The notes under the pieces: generated by a model
Seen by the model: the letters and a program-made list of their open reading frames with translations, nothing else
What the model was told of the DNA's origin: nothing
The model's database searches: none
Source of the DNA: Balanoglossus misakiensis
Lineage: Eukaryota; Animalia; Hemichordata
Length of the DNA stretch: 64,000 bases
NCBI GenBank assembly: GCA_040954595.2
Contig: CM082594.2
Coordinates: 4,945,319-5,009,318, forward strand
Reading direction: 5' to 3'
Shown here: positions 47,201 to 64,000 of the stretch, piece by piece
How positions within the stretch are numbered: position 1 is the first letter of the stretch
Layout: every line of letters starts with the position of its first letter
Made by a program: the position numbers and the translations under genes

Positions 47201-50200
47201 GATTACTTACTGAAGTTAGGACTGTGTACTCGTAAGACGGCTGGTACTTGTCGCGATCGCTCTTCTTCTCCATCCTTTCGCGGTCCGTTTTATGTTTTCT
47301 GTCGGCTCCTTTGGGCTGCAGCACAAAGTTACAAAATTCTCTGTTTCAGATTCCTCATTGATACATTTACTAAAATGTCTGATGTACCTGGTAATTAACT
47401 TGATTTGAACTTCATCCCTGCCATAGGTCTGTCGCTAAGGGTTAGAATGATGCCACTATTCATATTTAACCCACCAGACCTAAGATGACAGTTTGTGAGA
47501 AATGTACCACCATTTTGGCAGCGGTTCTAGATGACTCTATTGACTCTAATACTGAAATTTTTCTGTTTTTTCTCTTGGACCAGGCTGTTAGCCTGCCTTG
47601 ACAGATAATCCTCACTGGGCCCGATTTGAAAGCCATATATGACCCCTCTCACCTTGAAGACTTTAACTTGACAACTTCCCGAATGGAGATGTTGGTCAGT
47701 GTCTTGCGTGTGTAAATATGTGTCGACTTGTACTCTGAAGGGAACACCTTTCTCCCCGCCATGTTTTTTGGGCGTAAACTCTGTACTGATGCAATGTACC
47801 TAATCAGAAGTAGAAATATGACGACCTAATGACAAAAGTCGAAACAAGCTTTACATTTAATTTTAATTTCAATGCAAATACTGACCCATAGTACATTTCC
47901 TTTAGACTGGACAGATCCTGTTGTAAAAATGTTAAATTAAAAAAAAAAAATGTGATTTTACCGGATGGTATTAACAGAATAGAAAAGAAAATGAATTTTG
48001 TGACATCTGTGATGAGTTCTGTGAGTAAAAAAACACACACACACACACACACACACACATCACAGATTTGACATAAGGCCCCACACTATTGTCACACATA
48101 CCTGTATAAATGCACCTGCACTCTTTGCCGGATCCCAGATTAGTTCTACAGTGTTCAGAGCTGTTGGACTTCTAATGTACTGGAGAACGCCATAGGACAG
48201 AGGCACATCTGGCAAATGGATATATAACGTCATAGAAAATTGAAATTTGGCAGATTTACTACCAACAAAACTGCAGGCTTTATGCTGGGCAAACACTGTA
48301 ATTATATTTTCCATAGGGGATCCCGGAAACACCGTAAATTATATTTTCCATGAGGGGATGGGGCAAGTCACTACTAGACTTTAGATATTATTTTGGTTAT
48401 TTTGTTTTGCTTGATATGTTATGTTACATGTACCTTGTTCTGTTTTGAAATATCCTGCATCATATATCACAGATAAATCAGCCCATGGAATTCATTGTTT
48501 GTGATTGAACGGGGAAGGATTCGACAAAGAACAAAAATACAACAGCTTCTTCTTTTTCTATCTCACCTATGTCTAAAATTCTATCTCCGGGCCTCTGAGA
48601 TTTCCACTCTGCAAGCTGCTCCTTCTCCGTGTACTGAAGTCTTTTGTCGTGAAACAAAACCCGTATGGCACTCTGAAATGAAAAATGTCAGAGTGGAAGT
48701 TGACACAAACGATATTTGTATTTCATCTGAGACTGCTTCAGGGGCAGGATTCAGGAACAGATGTTGCCAGCTCTCAATTTGTTGTCTAGAATCTTTCATT
48801 TCCTAGTGGGCACTGCAGTTATTTTCTTACAGATAATTTTCCTTTGATTTCAAAATATGTTAACAAAAAGTAGGGCACAGTCCCCTGAAAGAACCTGTAC
48901 AACTTAAAAATAATTTAAAACTTGGAATGAAAAAAATGCAATGCTGGCAAAAAAAAATCAGTATCACCCTTTTTACCTTGAGGACTTTTCCTCCACATGA
49001 ATCTGAGTTACCAAGTTTTTTCAATTTGAGTTCATAGGACTGTCCCTGGTTCAGGTAGGTCAGTGTCTCTTCGCTGAGTTTCACTGCTGGGGATGTGGCC
49101 GCACACAGAATATATTGAAAGCTACGATGAGAGAAAGAAAAACACTATGATATTCTTAGCGATGGTCATTATCTCTGAAACTTGTATATTTCCTACTGTA
49201 CTGGTAGTTCTTTAAGGGCTGGCCATATCAACACCAACAATGCTAACATTACAATATAGGAACAGTGAGAGTAAATTCAGATGATATTTTGTGAAAGGAA
49301 AAAATGCATAAAAATTCTGCCACTGGGCCTTTAACAAGTCTTACCCCTCTTCCTCTTCTTCTTCCTGTTTAAACACCGCCAAAACTTCACTGAAAAAAAC
49401 AAACAATACAACTATTAGTACACCAGAATCTGCAACAATCATACATTTTCCATTGTATTGTCCTTCTCCGTGATAAAGCAGATTTGTTAAAAATAATGAT
49501 TCACAAAAGTCTGCCATCTGTTAATTATTTTTCTTTCATACTAGGAAGTTATTCATCATTTAAATGTCACAGCTGAGCGACACATGCTGGGCAGGCTTTT
49601 CATTATCGCATCTTGGGACGTCATCTTGTCTGCTATAGCCACAGCTTGCTATCTGCGATGGGTACATCATTATCATATTCTAGCAAGGTGAGATCACAGC
49701 CGTGACCTTGCTCTGACCTTGCAGGTGAATGCAGTACTATGGTAATGTTTATTCTTGGACAGCACGTTGCGAACATTTCATGTTTATTTAAAATTTGATA
49801 TCACAGGCAATTGACTGTTATTTTTGTCGAGTTGTCCAGAAACTAGCAAAGTACTAGGTGTATGTGTGCATTTGGTGCCAATGAGAAATTCTCATATTAT
49901 GGAATTTCACATTTCATATGTCTCACAAAAATGGAGACAGTGGAAGAGGGAACAAACTATCCATAAAATCAAAGGAATACCCAAGCAATATTCTAGGAAA
50001 CATGCGTAAGCGTGGGTGGGCGTTCTCACTTTATGGATAGTTTAGTTGTCATTCACAACACTGCTACCAAATTGCAACAGTCTGAATGTACAGAATGTTA
50101 GTTTCAGTTTCATGTCATAAACATACACAACTCCTGTCCTAAGCACTCGATATCAAGATAAATTGGTAATCGCAGTACAAGCATGGGACTGGTCCAGTAA

Positions 50201-50312
50201 TACTTTACCTCATGTTATACGCCGATGTCCCAAGTTCCGTACCAAGGCCGGTTAAATTGCTGTCAAAATCAGCAGCCAAACCCTGATCCAAGTCATCTAT
50301 GTTAAAAGCCAT
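44245..50312 (-). CDS. TFCP2: LSF/CP2-family transcription factor (TFCP2/UBP1/TFCP2L1 co-ortholog), complete, 15 coding exons, 473 aa
   Basis: Exons 50312-50209, 49389-49345, 49121-48977, 48672-48567, 48208-48102, 47799-47653, 47315-47211, 46773-46688, 46491-46383, 46135-46042, 45835-45745, 45513-45464, 45266-45124, 44580-44529, 44282-44245 (TGA); sum 1422 nt. CP2 domain peptides [74 protein letters not shown]; SAM-like WLTRNRF and [24 protein letters not shown], which marks the LSF rather than Grainyhead subfamily. Confidence 0.96.
44391..44480. repeat. 33-bp tandem repeat (~2.7 copies) containing GATTGG
   Basis: AGCTCATCTGTATTCTGTGCTGTGATTGGTCAA repeated in the last TFCP2 intron. Confidence 0.85.
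44529..44580 (-). CDS. TFCP2: TFCP2 exon 14
   Basis: [17 protein letters not shown]. Confidence 0.9.
45124..45266 (-). CDS. TFCP2: TFCP2 exon 13
   Basis: [22 protein letters not shown]...[11 protein letters not shown]. Confidence 0.93.
45464..45513 (-). CDS. TFCP2: TFCP2 exon 12
   Basis: [16 protein letters not shown]. Confidence 0.9.
45745..45835 (-). CDS. TFCP2: TFCP2 exon 11 (SAM-like)
   Basis: [30 protein letters not shown]. Confidence 0.94.
46042..46135 (-). CDS. TFCP2: TFCP2 exon 10 (SAM-like)
   Basis: [31 protein letters not shown]. Confidence 0.93.
46383..46491 (-). CDS. TFCP2: TFCP2 exon 9
   Basis: [36 protein letters not shown]; phase 2 to 0. Confidence 0.8.
46688..46773 (-). 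CDS. TFCP2: TFCP2 exon 8
   Basis: [28 protein letters not shown]; GFNSS conserved. Confidence 0.82.
46922..47146. mobile_element. piggyBac-like MITE in TFCP2 intron 7
   Basis: TTAA|CCCTAATGCTGC...GTAGCATTAGGG|TTAA: CCC...GGG termini with TTAA duplication. Confidence 0.78.
47211..47315 (-). CDS. TFCP2: TFCP2 exon 7
   Basis: [35 protein letters not shown]. Confidence 0.95.
47653..47799 (-). CDS. TFCP2: TFCP2 exon 6 (CP2 domain)
   Basis: [27 protein letters not shown]...[13 protein letters not shown]. Confidence 0.96.
48033..48059. repeat. (CA)13 microsatellite
   Basis: Perfect CA run in TFCP2 intron 5. Confidence 0.9.
48102..48208 (-). CDS. TFCP2: TFCP2 exon 5 (CP2 domain)
   Basis: [36 protein letters not shown]. 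Confidence 0.95.
48567..48672 (-). CDS. TFCP2: TFCP2 exon 4 (CP2 domain)
   Basis: [35 protein letters not shown]. Confidence 0.95.
48977..49121 (-). CDS. TFCP2: TFCP2 exon 3 (CP2 domain)
   Basis: [33 protein letters not shown]. Confidence 0.96.
49345..49389 (-). CDS. TFCP2: TFCP2 exon 2
   Basis: [15 protein letters not shown] (vertebrate DVLALPIFKQEE). Confidence 0.9.
49954..50043. repeat. Short foldback element in TFCP2 intron 1 (probable mini-MITE)
   Basis: AAACTATCCATAAA ... TTTATGGATAGTTT perfect 14-bp inverted repeat about 60 bp apart. Confidence 0.6.
50209..50312 (-). CDS. TFCP2: TFCP2 exon 1
   Basis: [35 protein letters not shown] (vertebrate [25 protein letters not shown]). Confidence 0.92.
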
Positions 50313-50459
50313 GTTGTTGTCAATATAACGGAGTGTAGTACTACTGCACGAGTTCGATCACTTTCTGTGTACACTGCACAGGCCCACGCGATAAGATGCG
50401 CTTTTCTCTGGTGTGGTGGCTAAAAACTGCTAGTGGCCCTGGCACACAGCAACAAAGTC

Positions 50460-50700
50460 AATGTAAAACGTGCGCATATAATTGAAACGAATTTCCCTCT
50501 CTCGAAAACCCCCCGAATTGGGTGATATTTCGAACTCTAGCAGAATTGTTTTTCTCTTGAGGAGAGTATCCGGAAATGCAATGTGCGCATGTTCCGTGAC
50601 CCCAGATTAAAAATTCGCGCCCTCAAATCAAGAAAACAAAAGTTTGCATCAATACGGTGAGGCGTGGCGCACCTTCTAATCGTTGCCCAACAACTCACTT
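50460..50700 (-). promoter_or_regulatory. Putative TFCP2 promoter
   Basis: CpG-richer region upstream of ATG 50312 with two TGCGCA (NRF1-like) cores, ETS-like CCGGAA near 50570 and GC-box-like GGCGTGGC near 50661. Confidence 0.5.
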
Positions 50701-51289
50701 TTATTGAAAAATTGAGTATTTAAAATAGTTGTACTTGTTGAATTTTGGACGGTGTAAAGAAAATCCACCATCTTGTCTCTTTGAGGTCAAAGTTCACAAT
50801 CATCATTAAACCTGATCAGCTGATGATGATGGTTATCCATGGAAAACACTTATAATACAATCAAAACCTTGCGAGAATACCATCTGTAGTTTGGTTCATT
50901 ATATTTGGTGCAGTAATTCACTGCATATGACAATGCTGTCACGGTGCTCTACACAGCTAACCGACATCAGAACAATTTTGATCTTAGATAACTTTATGAA
51001 TATGCAAATCATGTTCACCAAAATTTAATCAGTTCTCATCATTCTGAACCTGTACTTATATACTGAATTTGATTTAACTCCATTCTTCAGATGGCTGGCC
51101 TTTAATTCTTTAACTACAATGGTTTGTTCTAAACCCACTGTTTCCTATTATAAAGTTGGACCTCTATAGATGGAACTGGGGGTGAAAGGGATTTACAGAC
51201 ACAAACAAGACAGCCACAGACAACAGACTGTTCAGAGCACAGAAAATAACAAATGACCAACACAGAGAAACTTGAAATAAAAGCTTGGT

Positions 51290-51295
51290 TTTATT
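51290..51295 (-). terminator. Candidate polyadenylation signal (AATAAA) of GPATCH8, implying a ~2.6 kb 3' UTR
   Basis: TTTATT on plus strand; on the minus strand it is followed by a U/GU-rich tract (ttctctgtgttggtcatttgttattttt). Confidence 0.4.
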
Positions 51296-53871
51296 TGAAA
51301 TGCTAAATGAAACAGTCCAAAATCACAAAATTGTAGAATTTACATAATTCTCATTGCAAAACATTACAATGGCAGTACACAAGAAATTACTTTACAAAGG
51401 CATTATTCACATCCCTCAGAAGATGTAGGAATCTACTGGCCTCCCCCAAAATTAAAGTGGATTCTATTTCCAAATATATTCAGAAGTTCACAATTACACT
51501 TTTTTCAGCAGCTAGACAGCCCCTGTCATGTTGGTCGTTGAAAGAGGGTGCTGTTGTCAATTTTGGAGAACAGGACAGACTTTCTGTATTTCTGTATCAG
51601 GACGAGCCTAAAGTCATAACTCGTTAATTTAAAAAAAAGTTCAATAAAATAATTACAATGACAGTAAAATACAGAAGTGATCAGACCACCAGACTTCTCG
51701 TGTCTTTATAAACAAAAACAAATGCCACAAGACAAATGAGCATAGCAAAGTTTTTTTGTTCGGACTGCAATATAAATAACTGGACTCTGAAAATATTCTA
51801 ACTGTACATGCAGAAAGTGATTGAGTTTGAATTTGAAGCACGTACTTGCCATTTTTTTTCTATTATTGCCTTAAATTCTATGCTGGTAACGGCCAATAAG
51901 TTTTGGAAGGTAAAATGCATTTTTTCGATCATAATCAACACACATATCCTGAAAGACGACTATATCACCATCTGCGTGGAATAATTCCCCTCAGAAAATT
52001 CATCCCTATAGTACAATGGTCTCAACCATCAAAGCCCATATACAGAGGTGAACAGTGAGGGTGCCATCTTCTACAATGTAACTCCAGTCAACAGCAGAGA
52101 AGGCACAATTGAAGTTTTTTTGTTTCCCCCAGTAAATGCCGTGTCGTCTACAAAAAACGCTATAGATACAGAACTGTACAAAGCTAAAAAGCATAAATTA
52201 AATTTGCATAATACAGAATATTGTACTTTTGTTGTCAGTGTAGACGGTCACTGACTTTCATTAAATAACGGTGTAAAAATTGACAAGGAAAAAAATGTAT
52301 CTCTCATGGTAACATTTTGAATTGGTGCAACTAGTCATAATACTTAGATGAAATTCAATTTTGAAAGTCTGAACTATATACTAATCTAAACTGAAAAATA
52401 ACGAAAATGTTGCTAAATAACACTGCGTGGTTCAACTCTATTTTCTATGGACATGTACACTGAGAAATTATGTGTAAGGATCAAGTTTTTACAGCTCTAC
52501 ATATCTAAGCAAGCAGAAAATCGAATATGATACAAATCTTTGGTCTGCATGTATTTTTTTTAAAACACAACTCTACGGCACATGTGGAAGTCTAATTTCC
52601 TTACAGAATAGTGACGGCATTCAACTGTTTCTTGTTTGATTTCTGAAGTAAAAATAGTTTGGGTACAGCCAGCTGGGAGTTGAGGAAGTCCATCAACACT
52701 ATTATTATTAAACTGGCTTTGTTCCTGCTTTGTGTATTGGGTGCCTGCAACTGTGACTTGTGTTTGCAAGTAAACTGTATCTTGCTCTACATTCTCTGTG
52801 AATATCAAGTATCAGGAAAGGTAGTGTGTTCGTGCATTAAAAGGATAAGGAAACTCCATTTTCTCACAGGATATCTATAAATTGCATATTTAACTGAAAC
52901 AGACCATGGCTACTCAACAAACATAGTTGCATTTTGACTCCTGCTAGTACATAGGAGTACAGTAGATTTCAAAACCAATTTCCCAGACGAACTGGATCAA
53001 TAGTACATGGGGTGTGAAACATTTTCTTCGTTTCACTCACAACTGTAATGGTGTGTGCAGCATATTTTAATTAAGAATTACACATTCGCTCTAAAATGTT
53101 CTCGTAATATCGAACTCTAAATGCTAGGGAATGACAAAAAATTTCAAAAGCAGCACATTTCAATATTAAACCGATTGCACTTGCCACGCCAGTAATAAAG
53201 GATTGAAAGCACACAGGGAATTGTGGGAAATGACCAAAAACAGCACCGTGCAAACCTGCAGGGACACAATCTAGAACAGAGCAGTGATTTCTTTTATACA
53301 CCACCCACATTTCTTTTCGTTCCCGTTTCCCCTGAAAAATGCACGAGGAACAAAAGTGGGTAAACGTGTATTACAATCGTAAATTCAACAGTTGCCATGG
53401 AAGCAAAGAAATGTCTATAAAGGGTTTGCACTCTCTCTCTCTCTTGGTGGTATTTGTTACCTTATTTTCAACTCGATCTGAAGGCATTATGGTAATGATT
53501 ACCTTTTGCATTGCTGCTCTCCCCTCCTCCCTGTAGCCTTCACAGAATATGACGACACACTTCAATCATATGCAAGTGAAAATCAGAAAATAAATTGAAA
53601 TGATACAAGGACATGATTACCACTCTGCACATGAAAGAAATTGTGTCTTCAAATTATGCCACAGACACACGGGAAGAGAGTTTAACCGAAATTTGATAAC
53701 CAAAAGAATGCAACTTCACATCATCAAGGACAGAACTGGATAGCCCTTTCGTACTGAGAAGGTGGTGCAGTTTGGAGAGCTCTCTTATTATCAAATCACC
53801 CATCTCTGTTCTCAGCCAGAATTGCACGGTAAAGCTTGATATTTTCTTGAATCTTGAAATAAAACTCGCCC

Positions 53872-60487
<6,616 letters not shown>

Positions 60488-63400
60488 CTGTCAACAGAGA
60501 TAAAAGCAGTCAGGGGAATGCATTGATGGACAGTCAGATAAAGGAAAGGGCACATTATCACACACCAAAGCTTGTGAACCACACAATCAGAAAATGCGAA
60601 TGGACGCTGTGGACAAAAGAAATCAGAGCTTCCACTGACAGCTGGCAAACACCATTTGCCTCTGTTCGCAGACTGCTTTCACAAACTGACAAATCACAAA
60701 CAAGTTTACGAGACCACTGCTAGTCAGTTGAACAATACACAGTATTCAATGTCTCGGATCCCCAATCATTTTCAAAAAAGGATGGGGAACCATGTTACCG
60801 CACAGCTCTTAATTTTACTGTATTATGTCATGGTAAATGCTATGAAGTAAATTCCTTATTACATCACGGTTTTAATAGCCATTGGAATCCTTCAGAAGAA
60901 AATCCTCATTTGTAAGAAAGTGTAACTGGTATTCCTTGAAAGAGAACACATGCGTTCAAAGCATCAGTGGATAACCAGAGCTTTTCCTGAAATTCTCTCT
61001 CTCTTTCCCCGTCCTTGAAAGTCAGTCAACGATATAAGAAAGTATGGAATACGTGATTATATTCAATTAGATTCATTTATATCGATGATTGCCAAGTATG
61101 TTAAACCTTTCCACTCTAAATTATTATTCCAATATCAGTTTCAAACGGCGAAGTTGGACCAACGCATGTTCCAGAAATCGAGTGACAGGGTTTGAGCAAG
61201 AAAGGGTCGTCGCATTTCGCGTTCCTTAATGGGAACATTTACAATGGTACTGATTGACTGGCTGCATGTGCTGGCAGTGTCAAACCCTGGAATGCTGAAA
61301 TCTCATCAAGCATTCCGAAGGATCCCTTCGGAAACGAGCGACATCCTTTTGATGTCCTGGAAGTCTGCTACGACTCTGTTAAATATACTCCCCACAATAA
61401 TGGCAGCTTTGTTTAGTGATCTTGAAAATAGCCGCGTTAAATCGCCCGGCTCAACTGGTCGCTATTAACATGCAGATCTCCTGGCAGTAAATTTAAATCA
61501 GATTTATAGCCTTGTACTTAACATCTGCTGCGGCAATGTTGGTGTCTAAACATGGGTTATGGAGTGTTTAGGAGTTCTTACAAAGAGGCAAAACCAAGTT
61601 AATGTTGACGCGGTAGCCTTCTGTTGAACATTTATGATCCGGCAATTAATTACAATGGGGCTTCAGACAAAAGCTATGTAGAGGATTTCTATTGCCTAAA
61701 GCTTGTGTTTCATGACAAAAGGGGGGAAAAACAACACTATTTTGGAGACAAAAGTTAAATCTGAGTTAAGTTTTCTAGTTAATCCAACTGTTTCAATGGC
61801 TCAGTTGGACAGCCCTGGCACACAGAGCAGTGTGTTTCAGATTGATAACTGACCTCCATGTCTCTTACAGTGGGTTCTGAAGACAATTTACCACAAAGAG
61901 ATTCAGGGAAAGTGTATTGCGGATCTTCTCAAAACCACATCTATTTTCCGCATGGTGATTACATGGGGAAAATAAACTACAACCACAAAATACTGAATAT
62001 CATTTCATGCTTGGATAACCATATCTTTTTTTGGGCAAAGCTCATTATTAGTGGAGAAAGGCATACCCCATCTTTTAAACGACACATCAACACAACTGCC
62101 ACGAATCTGGTGAAATTATGACTGAACTGAAATTAATTTGACAAGTTCACTGGTGCACAGCGTTGTTTGAAAAGATGGATGGTTTGTTTATTCAACTTAG
62201 TTCAAAGCTGTAAACCTTGACATCTTTTTTTGTTTGATGCAGCTTCCATGAAGCTGAGTGGATCATTTATAATGTGACAGTTATGTACCATGTTTTTGAC
62301 ACTAGCACATTACTCAAGTTTGGATGATTCTGTTCAGTAGCTGTACATGTAAACATCACACTAAAACATGTGACTGAATGAATCTTCCAGTTCTTTGATT
62401 ATAGTCAAAACGTTTCAGAAACAGTGTGTGCAGACCTAGTTTAATTCAGATAATCTTTATCCTTCAGAGCGGTTCTTGAGATCCCAGAAAAACAGACTCA
62501 ATGGATTAACATGTAACAAAGCACAAGCTGGATTGCAATTCTGAAAGAGTAAAGGCTAAATTTCACAAACTACCTATCTGGATTTTTTTTCAGAAAAGCC
62601 GACAGAAACTCTTGTTTCTTCTGGCATTGTGAGTTAGCAATATCTGATTATTGAGAGCTCAATCAGATCAAATCTCACTGCGTCTCTCCGGGTTTTGAAA
62701 AGGTCTGTGAACACTGCTCAGATATTCCACCGAGATCTGTCTACTAACTCCGCAGGCAGAGAAATCAATGAAAGTTGAAAGATGAAAAACTCTCTCTGTG
62801 ATAGATATAATGTGAAGCGCACAGTGAAAATAGATTCACGGATTCAACGCGGCTAAAAATACCCCATTGTGTCATAGTTTCCCACCAGGCAAAGAAAGCA
62901 ATTTAGACTGTAGAAGTCTGAAAAGGCTCCCGTTTGAAATCGTAGATATCTCTGAAACTGACAAAACAGAAATGGTGCCATGGTTTGAAAGACTTCTTTT
63001 GCTTTAGGGTTGCAAGATCGCAGTCCATTCTGGGAAAAGTCTATTCTTTGGCACTTGAGAATTTTCTCTGACGTCATCAATGCACGCAATCGGGAGGTAC
63101 TCCGAATGGAAATTTCTCCATTTATGTCATCGTTTCCTGTGTGTATAACCCACATATCTTTTAAAAGCTGTACATACAGTGTACGTGCAATTTTGGCCAG
63201 ACAAGTAGATTTCCAGATCACTGAAATTGCCCCAGATGTTGCACGAATAATCTCTTTATTGCTTTTCTTCTCAGACTCACTGATTTAATCTGTATACAGA
63301 AAAAATCTGTATCCTTGGTTACTGTCTACATCATATAGAGACAGAAAATCAGACAATTGACCTCATCTGTTTTTAAACGTGTTATTTGAAAATGATTGTG

Positions 63401-64000
63401 TCCACAGGAAATTTAACCTTTCCAACTTTATAATACTTTTATCAAATTAACAGAAATATAACAGTTGAAAATTAATTTTTGCTGAAGAAATGTGACGAAA
63501 TCATCAGTTCTTATTTTCAAACTTTCCAACATAAATTTCCAAGGCAATCAAATGAACAACTCTCACTGGTGGATAATTATTGTACTCACCGCAAGCTGTG
63601 TGTCTGCTTGTTGACAGCGACTGTCGCAAACAACACAGATGAGCGTGAACTAAACAGCAAGTTACCAGAATGCTCATTCCATAACACTTTTGGGACAGTT
63701 TCAAGACACCCCCAGGGGCCCAGTCACATTACTGTGTCTCTGTTTGCTAACTCACTTTTAGACAGTTTCTAATGACCTGGCTGGCTCTAGCAATTATTTG
63801 GAGGGGTGTTCTCATAACACCACAGAGGGCAATCGTATAAATATTGAACTTGAATGCCCAGTTTTCATCTGTACTACAAATTCAGAAAGGAATACTGCAG
63901 ATGTTGGCCTGTTGTCACGACTGATAGATAAGAGCCACAAAGCCAATGATGACAAACAGAAACTGATGGTGTGGCAGACAAGCCATGCGGTGATAAGGAA

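Noticed and set aside
52560-52808. 82-aa ORF in the GPATCH8 3' UTR
   Set aside because: Non-ATG start, no recognisable homology and no splice support.

Overview
Eukaryotic (metazoan) genomic DNA, AT-rich and intron-rich. Protein similarity and repeat style suggest an invertebrate deuterostome such as a hemichordate; this is inference, not verified. Three multi-exon genes lie head-to-tail on the minus strand. (1) The 3' part of a GPATCH8/ZNF804-family gene: 4 coding exons at 60487-53872, including a 5.06-kb terminal coding exon with K/R/S-rich, polyQ, Gln-Ala repeat and His/Pro-rich tracts. (2) A complete TFCP2/LSF (UBP1/CP2-family) transcription factor gene: 15 coding exons at 50312-44245, 473 aa by manual splicing. 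(3) The 5' ~1100 codons of a CLASP (CLIP-associating protein) gene: 29 coding exons at 40769-218, running off the window. All exons were assembled by hand with GT-AG junctions and consistent phases. Several TA- and TTAA-flanked MITEs, microsatellites and hairpins are present. No tRNA, rRNA, CRISPR array or prokaryotic system is visible, and I cannot demonstrate a new biological system. The best leads are regulatory: a candidate internal CLASP first exon encoding its own SxIP (EB1-binding) motif, a tandemly duplicated CLASP exon with and without SxIP, a spliced uORF in the CLASP leader, CLASP-TFCP2 adjacency with gene order apparently swapped relative to human, and a cluster of competing hairpins in the GPATCH8 intron.
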